DNA of 64,000 nt from Chrysomallon squamiferum. Taxonomy: Eukaryota; Animalia; Mollusca. The notes under the pieces were generated by a model. The model had not been told where the DNA came from and did not search any database. It was given only the letters and a program-made list of their open reading frames with translations. The translations under genes were made by a program, and so were the position numbers. Where the stretch lies: assembly GCA_012295275.1 (NCBI GenBank), contig CM022672.1, positions 25,420,001 to 25,484,000 of the forward strand. Reading direction: 5' to 3'. This document shows positions 49,774-63,428 of this stretch, piece by piece. Position 1 is the stretch's first letter; every line of letters begins with the position of its first letter.

Positions 49774-50697
49774 ATGGCCAACAACAAGTTAATAACGTTT
49801 GCAGTTTTGGTAGGCGTAATTATTCTTGCGTACTTCACTGTCTTAAAACTGAACGACATTCGTGGTTTAATCGAGACAGCTAAAGTCAGAGACAAGTCTT
49901 TCAAGAACGATAACTGCAACAGTAAAACAAAGAACTGTACGAAGATCGAGACTGCGTGGTACATACCTCATAAGAACGAAATGATAAAAGACGCTGATCT
50001 GAGACGTTTTTTACCTTTAATGTCTATGAATGACCAGGTCTTGATGCTCAAAACATTTGATGATTTCAGGGAAGCATGCAAGAAAGGAAACCTGACCTAT
50101 GTCCTGTGGGCTGGCACTCTACTAGGAGCTTACAGACACCATGGACTTATTCCTTGGGACGATGATTTCGATATCATGGTAATCGAATCGAATCTGGATA
50201 AAATGAAAAAGGTACTTTCAAATGTTCCAGGATACGAGTTATATTCTCCAGATAATTATCAGTGGAAATTTTACATTAAGTCTCTGCCGAAAGTTACAGG
50301 TTATCCTTTCAAGTATCCTTTCATTGATATTTTTTATTTTAATGAAGATAAGGAAAACGTATATGGAGCCTTTTCAAGCATAAAGGGATATGTGTATAAA
50401 AAGGAAGACATTTATCCTATTCAGTTACGACGGTTTGAAAAGCGCGATGTTGAGATGCCTTGCAATATTGGGAAAATGAACCAAATGTACTCGAACAGCA
50501 AATGCAAGTCTACGGAATATTTGCACAAAGAAAACCAAGTCATAAAAACGTCGACTATACCTTGCAAGAGGCTGTATAACATTTATCCTTTTGTATTTAG
50601 ACAAGACGATTCGTCCCGCCCTGGATATATTTTAGAAACATTAAAACGAGGGGATGAAGTGCTAGACATTGTTTCCTACCCCAAAAAGTGTTCTTAA
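49774..50697 (+). CDS. LicD-family (fukutin/FKRP-related) nucleotidyltransferase-fold phosphotransferase, type II membrane protein, copy 1 (307 aa)
   Basis: Uninterrupted ORF; N-terminal anchor LITFAVLVGVIILAYFTVL; LicD signature GTLLGAYRHHGLIPWDDDFD and PFIDIFYF. Confidence 0.93.
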   Translation: MANNKLITFAVLVGVIILAYFTVLKLNDIRGLIETAKVRDKSFKNDNCNSKTKNCTKIETAWYIPHKNEMIKDADLRRFLPLMSMNDQVLMLKTFDDFREACKKGNLTYVLWAGTLLGAYRHHGLIPWDDDFDIMVIESNLDKMKKVLSNVPGYELYSPDNYQWKFYIKSLPKVTGYPFKYPFIDIFYFNEDKENVYGAFSSIKGYVYKKEDIYPIQLRRFEKRDVEMPCNIGKMNQMYSNSKCKSTEYLHKENQVIKTSTIPCKRLYNIYPFVFRQDDSSRPGYILETLKRGDEVLDIVSYPKKCS

Positions 50698-51359
50698 TGA
50701 ACACGCGGTCAAAAAACTTAATTGTACTTTCTGTAATATACAACTACTGCTACTACTACTACTACTACTACTACTACTATCACTACTACTTCTACTACTA
50801 CTACCAATAATTATAATAATAATAAGAAGAAGAAGAATATTTTACGTATACGCTACAGCATGCTTTGCTAATCAGTACTTTATTAACAGTCCGCTTTATG
50901 TAATATTATTTTTCTTTATGTTTACGTTTCTGGTTTTGTTACTGTTTTTAATTTGTTATTATTATTATATACGTATATATATATTTTTTTATTTTTTTAT
51001 TTTTTTATTTTTATTTTTTATTTTATCCTGCGTGTTTTATGCCAATATTTGTATTATTAATAAAGATATGGAAATATTTGACCTCCTGCCTCTTGAGTTA
51101 TACGCCCTTGCTTTCTTCAGCATCTTATTTGTTAAGGATCTAAAAAATGCATAAATCCATGATATCGATTTTTAATGGCATTAAGTATATCATTTTAGTA
51201 TTATGTTATTATACGCCTTCTCACCTTTTACAATCATTTTACCTTCAGCATTGACAACATTGTTTTATGTTGCATTTTATATTTTATTTTATTCATTATA
51301 CTTTATTTTACATTTTATTTTTTTAAATTGTTTTTTAATGCACAGTCGCAGTCTTCCAA

Positions 51360-51430
<71 letters not shown>

Positions 51431-51531
51431 GTTCGTGTAATTTACCTCGAAGAATGTCAATAACTGCAATACATGATAAATATTCATAAATAAATGAAGT
51501 AAAATAAAACACCATCCAGAATTGTATTTTC

Positions 51532-52160
51532 AATTCAAGGTTATCGATCATCGCATCGTATGTTTATGTATTAAAACTTCCCAGTTACAGTTTCTATTAG
51601 TATTCTTATGTCAGCTGTTAAAGCAATTGTATAAAATAAGGAAAAACAACAAACTACATTTTGGTTATTCTTTTCTTTGTTTTCCATCCTCGTGAAATGC
51701 AGGATACATTCTTCTTGGAGCGAACACTCTGTAGTTAACCATTTCTTGAACTGATGTTTCAGTTACTGTGCTGTATGCACATTAATCTCACTCTCAAAAG
51801 TTTTTATAAAAATATCCGTTCTTTTTAATCTTTATCCTCTCTGATATCATTATTTTGTTTATACTGTCCTACATTATTCTTTTAATTCATTCATGCTTGC
51901 ATAGCTTTAATAATAAAACCAAGATTATGTAAACTTTTTCTATATATCTCGTGCTTCCTTTCAAATTCCAAAATTATTACTGGAAATATAATACTCCGAT
52001 TTTGTAAACTTCTAATGTGACACTTTTAATATCTGAGTGACAAAGTCGATAATTAATTTAATTTAAGGCTAACTTTCTAAATTGATGTGGGTCACTTCTC
52101 AATCGTTTGTTTCTTGTAATCGTGTATTAGTACGTACAATGCAGAGAAACTAAGTAAGTG
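51532..52160 (+). repeat. ~630-bp segment present in inverted orientation at 59511-60147
   Basis: aattcaaggttatcgatcatcgcatc...cagagaaactaagtaagtg is the reverse complement of cacttacttagtttctctg...gatgcgatgatcgataaccttgaatt. Confidence 0.9.
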
Positions 52161-53568
52161 CCTGATGGTTTAAAAGGCAAAGCTTGGAATATTTTACAGT
52201 TCTTCTTTATGTTTGTTCAATTCAAAGTTTTGACTTACACTGGTCTGTTATAAAATTAGAGATCAATAGCAAACTGTACGGTAAATTATGGACAGCTCTG
52301 TGTATGTTGTATTTGAATAAGACCGTTTCTAAATATTGGTATTATAAGACTAGTCGCATTATAATTATATTAACTCAGACAAAGAAATATATTCGCGATA
52401 TATTCAGTATGATGTACTTAAATGACCCACTTCCCATATTTACGATATAATATACTCTTCAAAAAAAGTACGTGAACGCAAAATTGAAAGGTAAAATAAG
52501 CTGTGAGGAATGGGTATATGATAATAGTGAATTAATTGGTCAAACATTTCAACATTTCAGTATTTTAGTATTTCAAAAGATCTTTAAGTACGACTGGGGT
52601 CAGAATTTGAAAGTTGGAGAGTTTGTTTTTATCAGTAGTGGCGAGACAGCCATGATATGAAAAACACTCATTCAGCCGACGAGGCAATCTGAGTACGAGT
52701 CTCCCAGTGGTCAGTTTCTACACTTATTTTCATACGTTTTTTCTTTAAAATATCAAAATTAAAATTAAAAATATTTTACTAAATCCATTATAAATTAAAT
52801 ATCAATAAATATATATCAGATTGTGCATAAGTTTAAAACGAACAAAATAATGCAAACTGCATGTTCAGAAAGGTAAATTATGAACTTGATATTTAGACAT
52901 TTTACCGATATCTATCATATAGGAGATAAAAACAAAAATCTGAAGACCGTTTCTAAAGATGGTCGCCAAAATGACACAACGTTAACAGACTAAACTGATA
53001 CTTCAGACACCGGACTAACAGAAATTAACATTCGGTACTCAAATTCGGTCTGCCTGATGGACTAACTCAAGTGTAACAAGTAAGAAGAGAGCCACGGAAA
53101 TATTTAATACAGGATGACATTATCGTAACAAAGAGAAAACCTGAACAAATGACAGTAACATTGTCAGAGGTATTTGCAATAAATATAAGCAGGCAGTTTT
53201 TTGACATTTATCTCTGGCTAACGAGAATAGTTTATATCTCACATTAATTCTTAAAACAAAATGGGTTTTTTATTTTATTTTATTTTTTTTTATTTTTTTT
53301 GAACAGCAGTATTTCTGTTACAGCGATATTTTTACCTACTTTTCTTTCCTTTGTGGTTTCAAAATTTTTGCTGATAACGATTAACTTCGTCAGTGGCTGC
53401 TGACTTGCATTTGCTTGGTTCAAATTAAGAGGTTGGTACTTGAGAAGAAGGAGGACAGTTACTAAATACAAATCTGCCTACAATCAAAAAGTTTCAGATT
53501 GTGCAAGGCGCCACAGTTTAATTAAATTGTGTCCCGTGGTTTCAAAGGACTGTCGATATTTCTGAAAC

Positions 53569-53668
<100 letters not shown>

Positions 53669-53955
53669 ATCATTCTATAGGATGTGTGTATTTTTTTCTT
53701 AATAGTTACAGCAGTTTCAGTTATACTGTATATTGATTTATATATTGCACTTTAATAGAAACATAAATAAACACACACGAACGCACACACGGTTTCAAAA
53801 GGTTGGAAAATGATGAAAAGTGAAATATGTAACGGAGTACAGAATATTACTCACATATTTTCCTCTATGGAAGAGCAAACCAGCAACTTTACTTTAAAAA
53901 ATTCTGAGACATCAGATTTCTTTTCTAACTACTATCTTGCTCAGGCACATCAAGA

Positions 53956-54739
53956 CTGAACTGCTAACAAATAACGTAATAAATAGACCGTTGTATGAGT
54001 TACAATGGGGTGCGCTTTCATTCTTTTCAGGAGTAAACTGAAAACTTGAATGGCAGGTTTTGTTTTGCAAGGATACACTAAGCAGTCCCCATTATATCAG
54101 ATCAAATGAAGCTGTAATATATATACTGAATGCTTTATATGCTTTTTCTAACGTTTTCTAAAATACATGAAAATTAATTCAATATAATATAACATACACA
54201 GTGAAACAAAAATTCAAAAAGAGTTTGTGTAGTGAAATGTTAGTTTCGCTTAACTTGAATATCTGTGTGTCTGTGTGGTGTCATGTGAGAATTAGAGCGA
54301 AACACTGGGATATAAATGTTGCGTTGTTTGTGTCTGTAAGTGTGTTTGTGTGTTTGAGCGTATTTTGTGTGTATATATCTAGCTGCATGATTGTGTGAGT
54401 GTTGAGTGTCTGTGTGTGTTGTGGGTTTCTGTGTGCATATGTGAATGTTGTGTGTCTATGTTTGTATGTCTGTTGCTAATTGAATTTTTTTTCACTATAT
54501 ATGTTATATTATACTGAATTAATTTTCATGTATTTTTGAAACGTTAGAAAAAGCATATAAGGCATTCAGTATATATATTACAGCTTCATTTGATCTGATA
54601 TAATGGGGACTGCTTAGTGTATCCTTGCAAAACAAAACCTGCCATTCAAGTTTTCAGTTTACACCTGAAAAGAATGAAAGCGCACCCCATTGTAACTCAT
54701 ACAACGGTCTATTTATTACGTTATTTGTTTGCAGTTCAG
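53956..54739. repeat. Fold-back inverted repeat, ~250-bp arms with ~285-bp spacer
   Basis: 53956-54206 is the reverse complement of 54490-54739; both are paralogous to ~47020-47310 upstream of LicD copy 1. Confidence 0.9.
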
Positions 54740-57012
54740 ATAGAAATGTTACCAGCTCTTTTTCTTTGAAGCACTGTGCTGTAGTTTGACCTTTTTTGTC
54801 TACACGCGCACACATAATACAGTCTGCACAATTACACACGCTTCGGTCTATACGCTTCGGTCACACACTATGGTTTACATGTCTACACACACTACAGTCT
54901 ACAGGTGTAAACATACTACAGTCTACATACGTACACACACTACAGTCTACACCGATACACACACTACAGTTCAGGTTTGAATGTGTTGAAACGTACAACC
55001 ACTGACGTTCTTACAAAGATTCATTATGGAGGTACAAGTTGCTAAATGTATTTAATGTGAATCATGCTGAATAGAAAAATTTGTTGTCCATTGGTGATAT
55101 GTTTTTTTAGATATTGTTGAACAAAAAAGGACAGCATATATATATATATATATATATCACCAGTACAGTAGCACTAAATCTGTAGTACACTAGGCTTGTC
55201 CTTTTGTATTATTCTTCTGGTCTTTTTTTATGTCTGTGTTTTTGTCTATGTGTGTGTTTGAATTTGTATGTTTGTTTTGTTTTGTGTGTATGTGTGTGTG
55301 TGTGTGGATAAAAGTTCGATTATTCTGTACAGGATCCTATGTGCATGAACATATATTTACACCTGTGACAGAATTATTTAAAATTGTCCATACAAGTTAG
55401 TGGTTTTTTGTGGGAAAGTTTTTTTTTTGTGGGTAAAAGTTTTATTAAGAGGTGTTGGAGTTTTCCACACATAAAAACTACTATCATTACTACTGCTACT
55501 ACCGATATTATTCACGTCGTCGTCATCGTTGTCATTGGGATTTTGGAGTTTTTCTTACCGTTATATTAATATAATTACATGAAACGGGGATACAGAAATA
55601 TCAGATGAGCAGGGATAGGAAAACGTGTAGCAGCCAGGTGCCTAGGACACAGGAGACAGGTATACAGCGATTATTATGAGTTTAGTCACTATTTTAGTTT
55701 CGTGCGCTGGTACTGCTGTGAGAAATGACTAATGTAAGTTGTAACTGTGTATTTTTATCTGACTGAAATAATCTTGAGGTTATTTTAGAACATACATTTT
55801 AAAAGATAATAAATAGAAATGAGTACAAATTTAATATACAGGATTTTCAATATCGACCGGTAAAATAAAAAGTTAGAGATACTGAATAGTTTACAGAATA
55901 AGATAATTTGTTTTTGTTCTTTGATTTCAATGGAGGTATGTTACTGGCTCTATATATATATATATATATATTATTTTATTTTATTTTATTTTATTAGTTT
56001 TTTCATTTATTTGTTTGTTTGTTTGTTTGTTTGCTTGTTTATTAATTTATTTATTTTAATGTTGTAATCACTAAGATTGCCATTTGCCAAATAATTTTAA
56101 AACGATAATAAATAAAAACTAATTTGTTTTTCTTTTTCTGTTTCTTTTTCTTTTTTTTTTTTTTTTTGTTGAACAGACCAGCATTAACCATAAAAAATAA
56201 TTTTAAAAATTTTAATTAGTTATTTCATTTATTTATTTGTTTGTTTGTTTGTTTGTTTGTTTGTTTGTTTGTTTGTTTGTTTATTTTAATGTTGTAATAA
56301 CTAGGACTGCCAATTACCAAATAATTTTAGAAAGATTATAAAAAATATTACAACAAAAACAACATTTTTTTTTTTTTTTTTATTTTTTTTTACTGATGGT
56401 TTCACAACTGGTATGAATTCAATAAAAATGAGCTGTAATAAAATAGATGCACCATCTGTTTAGAAGTTCAAACTGGCAAAAATCTACCTTTCGTGGCCTG
56501 TTAACTTAACAGTATGACGTAAGTGGTAATAAAACAGTTAAAAGTTAAAAACTTATTTTCAGAATGACATGATAACTACATTTGTTACACATTTGTGTTC
56601 CGTACTGACCCAAAGAATTGTATTTTTTGTTTTGTTTTCAGATACCATTCACACGTTTACCAAACAAGAAACAAAAGTCTCGCCTGTCCAACTTTTGGAT
56701 TAGAAAAGGGAGTCTAGCTTTCATCTGACCATTGCAATTGACTTGTTAATGTGAAAAACTTCATAAGATAGATATAATAGACGAAAGTAACGGTGAATTT
56801 AAAAAATAACAATAATAAAAAGAAACAAAGAAACAAACCAAAAATTATATTTAAAAAACAGAATTCAAATTCAATTTTAAAAAAAAAATAAGAAATTATT
56901 GCTGATAAATATGTTGTTTTAATCAATTGGAATGTTCCTTGTACATCTGTCTAGTAGATGACGTATTTAATAACTGTGATAAACTGAAGAGATTAAAATA
57001 TTTGCTACCGAG

Positions 57013-57945
57013 ATGGCCAACAACAAGTTAATAACGTTTGCAGTTTTGGTAGGCGTAATTATTCTTGCGTACCTCACTGTCTTAAAACTGAACGACATTC
57101 GTGGTTTAATCGAGACACCTAAAGACAGAAACAAGTCTTTCAAGAACGACAACTGGAGCAGTAAAACAAAGAACTACACGAACTATACGAAGATCGACAC
57201 TGCGTGGTACATACCTCATAAGAACGAAATGATAAAAGACGCTGATCTGAGACGTTTTTTACCTTTAATGTCTATCAGTGACCAAGTCTTGATGCTCAAA
57301 ACATTTGACGCGTTCAGGGAAGCATGCAAGAAAGGAAACCTGACCTATGTCCTGTGGGGAGGCACTCTACTAGGAGCTTACAGACACCATGGACTTATTC
57401 CTTGGGACGATGATTTCGATGTCATGGTAATCGAATCGAATCTGGATAAAATGAAAAAGGTACTTTCAAATGTTCCAGGATACGAGTTATATCCTCCACA
57501 TAATAGTCAGTGGAAATTTTACATTAAGTCTCTGCCGAAAGTTACAGGTTATCTTTTCAAGTATCCTTTCATTGATATTTTTTATTTTAATGAAGATAAG
57601 AAAAACGTATATGGTGCCTTTCCGAGCATAAAGGGATATGTGTATAAAAAGGAAGACATTTATCCTATTCAGTTACGACGGTTTGAAAAGCGCGATGTTG
57701 AGATGCCTTGCAATATTGGGAAAATGAACAAAATCTACTCGAACAGCAAATGCAAGTCTACGGAATATTTGCACAAAGAAAACCAAGTCATAAAAACGTC
57801 GACTATACCTTGCAAGAGGCTGTATAACATTTATCCTTTTGTATTTAGACAAGACGATTCGTCACGCCCTGGATATATTTTAGAAACATTAAAACGAGGG
57901 GATGAAGTGCTAGACATTGTTTCCTACCCCAAAAAGTGTTCTTAA
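57013..57945 (+). CDS. LicD-family phosphotransferase, copy 2 (310 aa)
   Basis: Paralog of 49774-50697 with about 21 substitutions and a 3-aa insertion; GGTLLGAYRHHGLIPWDDDFD intact; flanks 55887-58457 match 48890-51175. Confidence 0.93.
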   Translation: MANNKLITFAVLVGVIILAYLTVLKLNDIRGLIETPKDRNKSFKNDNWSSKTKNYTNYTKIDTAWYIPHKNEMIKDADLRRFLPLMSISDQVLMLKTFDAFREACKKGNLTYVLWGGTLLGAYRHHGLIPWDDDFDVMVIESNLDKMKKVLSNVPGYELYPPHNSQWKFYIKSLPKVTGYLFKYPFIDIFYFNEDKKNVYGAFPSIKGYVYKKEDIYPIQLRRFEKRDVEMPCNIGKMNKIYSNSKCKSTEYLHKENQVIKTSTIPCKRLYNIYPFVFRQDDSSRPGYILETLKRGDEVLDIVSYPKKCS

Positions 57946-57982
57946 TGAACACGCGGTCAAAAACTTAATTATACTTTCTGTA

Positions 57983-58034
<52 letters not shown>

Positions 58035-58205
58035 TTTTTACGTTTAGGCTATAGCATACTTTGCTAATCGGTACTTTATTAACCATCGGCTTTGTGTAAT
58101 ATCATTTTGTTAATGTTTAGGTTTCTGGTTTTGTTACTGTTTTATTTTTGTTATTATTATTATATACATATATATATTTTATTATTATTATTATATACAT
58201 ATAAT

Positions 58206-58258
<53 letters not shown>

Positions 58259-58259
58259 C

Positions 58260-58291
<32 letters not shown>

Positions 58292-58428
58292 TTTTTTGCT
58301 TACATCCTGCGTGTTTTATGCAAATATTTGTATTATTAATAAAGATGTGGAAATATTTGACTTGTTAATGCCCCTTGAGTTATACGCCCTTGCTTTCTTC
58401 AGCATCTTCTTTGTTAACGATCTAAAAA

Positions 58429-58635
58429 ATGCATAAATCCATGATAACGGTTTTTAATTTGCACAAAGAAAACCAAGTCACACAAACGTCGACTATACCT
58501 TGCAAGAGGCTGTATAACATTTATCCTTTTGTATTTAGACAAGACGATTCGTCACGCCCTGGATATATTTTAGAAACATTAAAACGAGGGGATTTAGTGC
58601 TAGACACTGTTTCCTACCCCAAAAAGTGTTCTTAA
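58429..58635 (+). pseudogene. Duplicated 3' fragment of the LicD gene (last ~58 codons plus 3' flank to ~58963)
   Basis: LHKENQV..STIPCKRLYNIYPFVFRQDDSSRPGYILETLKRGD..YPKKCS repeated from 58458; no membrane anchor or catalytic motif. Confidence 0.85.
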
Positions 58636-58677
58636 TGAACACGCGGTCAAAAATCTTAATTATACTTGCTGTAATAG

Positions 58678-58747
<70 letters not shown>

Positions 58748-59510
58748 TTTTACGTATAGGCTATAGCATACTTTGCTAATCAGTACTTTATTAAAAGTCG
58801 GCTTTATGTAATATCATTTTTCTTTATGTTTATGTTTCTGGTTTTGTTACTGTTTTTAATTTAGTATTGTTATTATATTTGTTTGTTTGTTTTGGGGGGG
58901 TTGCTTATATTCTGCGTGTTATATGCAAATATTTGTATTATTAATAAAGATGTGGAAATATTTGTATGGTTTTCTTGCACAAGTACTTGGTTCTGATAAA
59001 AACAATTTTTTTTTTTTTTTTTAAAAATTGACATCTTTGTATGGATGATAATAAAAATAAGTAAACGAACAAAATAATGCAAACTGCATCTTCCAAGGTA
59101 AATTATGAACATGAGATTTAGACATTTTACCGATATCTATCATACAGGAGATAAAAACAATCTGAAGACCGTTTCTAAAGATGGTCGCCAAAAGGACACA
59201 ATGCTACTAGACACCCTCATACACACCCTCATACACACCTTCATCACACCCTCATACACACACCCTCATACACACCCTCATACACACCCTCATACACACC
59301 CTCATACATATAGATATATAGACATACACATGCATACATACAAAACGTACACACACAAACATATATGTATATATACACATACACATACATACATACGTCA
59401 GAAGTGAATATACTCTTAGAATTTCGACATGATTAGTGCAAACGTTTGATTCTGAGAAAACAAGATTAAAACATTAAAATGAGACTAGTCAGTTACTTTA
59501 TAACAGTTAA

Positions 59511-60147
59511 TCACTTACTTAGTTTCTCTGTATTGTACGTACTAATACACGCTTACAAGAAAGAAACGATTGTGAAGTGACACACATCAATTTAGAAAGT
59601 TAGTATTAAATTAAATTAATTATCGACTTTGTCACTCAGATAGTAAAAGTGTCACATTAGAAGTTTACAAAATCTGAGTATTATATTTCCAGTAATAATT
59701 TAGAGCTTGAAAGGAAGCACGAGATAAATAGAAAAAGTTTACATAATCTTGGTTTATTGTTAAAGCTATGCAAGCATGAAGCAATTAAAAGAATAATGTA
59801 GGACAGTATGTGTATGTATAAAAGAAAATAATGATATCAGAGAGGATAAAGATTAAAAGGAATGGATATTTTTATAAAAACTGTTGAGAGTGAGATTAAT
59901 GTGCATACAGCACAGTAACTGAAACATCAGTTCAAGAAATGGTTAACTTCAGTGTTCGCTCCAAGAAGAATGTATCCTGCATTTCACGAGGATGGAAGAC
60001 AAAGAAAAGAATAACTAAAATGTAGTTTGTTGTTTTTCCTTATTTTATACAATTACTTTAACAGCTGACATAAGAATACTAATAGAAACTGTAACTGGGA
60101 GGTTTTAATACGTAAACATATGATGCGATGATCGATAACCTTGAATT
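59511..60147 (-). repeat. Inverted copy of 51532-52160
   Basis: Reverse-complement match over about 630 bp. Confidence 0.9.
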
Positions 60148-60163
60148 ACATAGGAGTAAGTAG

Positions 60164-62163
60164 GATAACACAGTATGTTTCCCGTCCCCCGTAAATCGAC
60201 AAAATTAAATTCATAATTTGGCTTTAACAGTTTTTAATTTTTTATTAGTACACATATTTCTCTTGTGTTCATAATAAAATAAAAATAAAAATTAATGGTT
60301 TATTTTCTATGAGCATTTTTCAGCGAAGGGAGGTAACTTCGTCATGTTACAATCAAGACATCAGCTCTTAATGAATTCTGTCAAACAGTATTATCAATAA
60401 TTTTACCAGTCAAATGGAAAATTTTCCGGTTAATTTTGCACAGCAAATTATATAACGTAATCCTATAATGTGGAAAAGGTTATACTTACAGATTTACATC
60501 GTCAGATGCTGTTAAAAAGTTGAAAATTATCCTCAGGGTCCAACTGATATTACCATGATGAGCATTAACAATTAATTCATTTATTATATTAAAAAAAAAT
60601 TATGGCTGTTTTTATTATTATTGGCATTATTGCATATTTGTATTTCAATACAGACAAAACAATTTAAAAAAAAAAAAATTTGGTATATAAAAAAATATAT
60701 ATATTTTTCCTTTTTACTTAATTTACAGAACACTTTCTTGATGTGTTTTACAATTAAGATAAATCATGAATAATATGAAAGAGACAAATCTTTTGTTATA
60801 TTATTGACCATGCTCTTAATTTTGCTGAAATCCTTTTATACGACAAATATATAATATTATTTTCAACTGTATAAGCCAGTTTATCTTTCTTAATTTATGA
60901 AAACAATATGTTTTGTGTAGATTGTAGTTTCTTTGTGTGTTTATTTCAGTTTTATCTTCTTTTGTCTCCCAATTAAGGCCTCATGTATGGCAGCTGATAT
61001 CTGAAAATTAAAAAAAAAAAAAAAAAAAAACCATCAGCATATTCTTGACTAGGAGTCAAACCATGAAAGACAATCAAAAATAAATAAATATTCTTGACTA
61101 GGTTAGTCAAACCATGAAAAGACAATCAAAAATAAATAAATAAAAAAAAACCAATAACCATTTAAGATGGTGTTAATCAAACAGAATCAGAGTTTTTGGA
61201 ATGTTAATTCAGATATTGTTAGTTGATTTTGTTAAACGCCATTTATGTTACAATAAAGATGTCACATCTCGCCGGAATTTTCAATCCAATACTAAAAATT
61301 AAAAAAAAATACAAAACCATTTAAGATGGTGTTAACTTTTCCTGACCAGACGTCTGCATGTTTTCCAGTCTTGCTTTTGTAAATTGTGTTAATTCAGCCT
61401 TGATCGTTAGTTGACACACGATTCGTGATGGTTATTATACTCAGTCATTATACTCAGGATGATACAAATGTACATCCTCAGCCCAGATAAAAATATGTAC
61501 TAAAAGCGTTATGTTTAGTTCAGAAGCTGCATAATATGGCGACCAGAACTGAGATGACATTTTGGCTGAATTTCAAAAAAACAAGTGATTCAAAAATTTG
61601 TTATTTGTGATCAGATGTTCAGGCTTGATTTTCGTCAACGTCATCATCGTAGTCAGAAGTATCATCAACGTCATCATCGTATCAGAACTATCCTAAATAT
61701 TGGCTGGCGTTAGCTTTACGATTGTGTTCATGTAATGCATGTTAGGAAATCATCTAAGCATGCATGCTACACATTTGTATCGCATTTGTCATGATGGTCG
61801 TGTGTTGCTGTTTACAAACGCTCTCTGTGTTATTCCTCATCTAAAACCCAATGATACGAACGGCTAGTTCTAACGGTATGACTGCGATTCCAACTAGATC
61901 AAAAATATTCTACACAATCATTATTTCTATTGATATCTGTCATCGGCATTTTTTTTATAATACACAATCACGCTGACCATGACTTTGCTGGTTTGTTTTG
62001 GACGGACATAAATGTGGCAGATTCTTTTAAATGGATTCGTTTTGTTTGTTAAAAGCGAACGTGATTAGAAACAAACGTTTGTTCGTGCTGTTCTTTGTTA
62101 GAAAAAAGTTAACATACTGAGAAAGAAAGCAAAGGAGAAAACAACTGTGCAACGTAAGAAGTT

Positions 62164-62217
<54 letters not shown>

Positions 62218-63381
62218 GATACTCCTTCGAACGAATGCGTGACTTATATATGTATGTATGCATTAGGTATACTGACGCCAAACTAAGAACAACAATGACA
62301 ATAATATAATAAGAGTAATAATAATAGTAAGAAGAAGAAGAAGAAGAAGAAGATCACCAACAACGATAACGACAGCAATAACAACAATAGTAATGGTATT
62401 ATTGTAATAAAATCTGCTCATAAACGAAAATTTTTAAGTGAAAAGACGGAAAAACAAGGAGATCAAAACTCTGTCATTTTTCAACACGTGAAAAGACGTA
62501 TGGGTCTCCTGAAATGAAATGAAAAAAATTAACGTGCTAATCAGAGCTAGCTGTTGTGAAGCACGTCTACGACGGGCACGCTTTCTCACAGGTCAGCGGG
62601 CGTGTCCGTCGCAGAAAAGAGGTTTGGGTAAGGTAGGAGAATGGGTTCTCGTTACGATTACAGGACACAACGGAGTGTCCAGCATATCGGATCGTAACGA
62701 GTCGGTAAAGGGTCTCCTGGCCTCTCTTTCCCTTATATACTTAGGCGTATGCATTTCTATATCAAAAAGTCAGTGAAAGTGAAAAGTAAATATGTCGGTT
62801 CAGCCAGTAGGAATAATGGTGAAATGCAGTTTAAAGATCAGTCTTAGTTCGCTTTGTGTGGTTGTCAAAAAAATGCAAGCTGCGTAACGACGTGTGCTCA
62901 TGCGAGATATTTCAGTATCGAACAATTTATTTTTCTTTGTTATAGCTATCGAGATTAATCGATCCAAGTTATCGTGCATATTTCTGTCAACAGATATCTG
63001 TCAATATATATACATGGCAACAGACTGAGTTGACACCCGGTTGTTTGCCATTTACACGTCTGAGAATGGAATAACAGACGCGTCATTTAAAACTAGTTTG
63101 AAACTGCGACGGTTAAACATTCGGTTACCGGAATCAGAAGAAAGTGGAAGTCAAGATGGACGCTTTATTATATTTTCATAATTTGTAAGCAAAAATTTGA
63201 GGATCCCTAGAATCAGTCTTCTTACTCAAAGCGTTATCTAAGTCTCTTCCTCGCGAATTTTCAAAAACTGTTGTGTTCAGTTGTGTGTAAAGTTTAAGTA
63301 AAAACTTCTTTAACTTCTAAATTTACTTTTTCCTGTTTCATCAAATAAATAAACAAATAAACAAACAAGTAAATAAATACA

Positions 63382-63428
<47 letters not shown>

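Noticed and set aside
50669-51154. 161-aa hydrophobic ORF after LicD copy 1 (and 58092-58436)
   Set aside because: Low-complexity 3' flank built from (CTA)n/(TTA)n; the similarity between copies reflects the duplication, and the frame and start are not preserved.
62519-62776. 85-aa GC-richer ORF
   Set aside because: No recognisable motif or supporting exon chain; absent from the paralogous unit.
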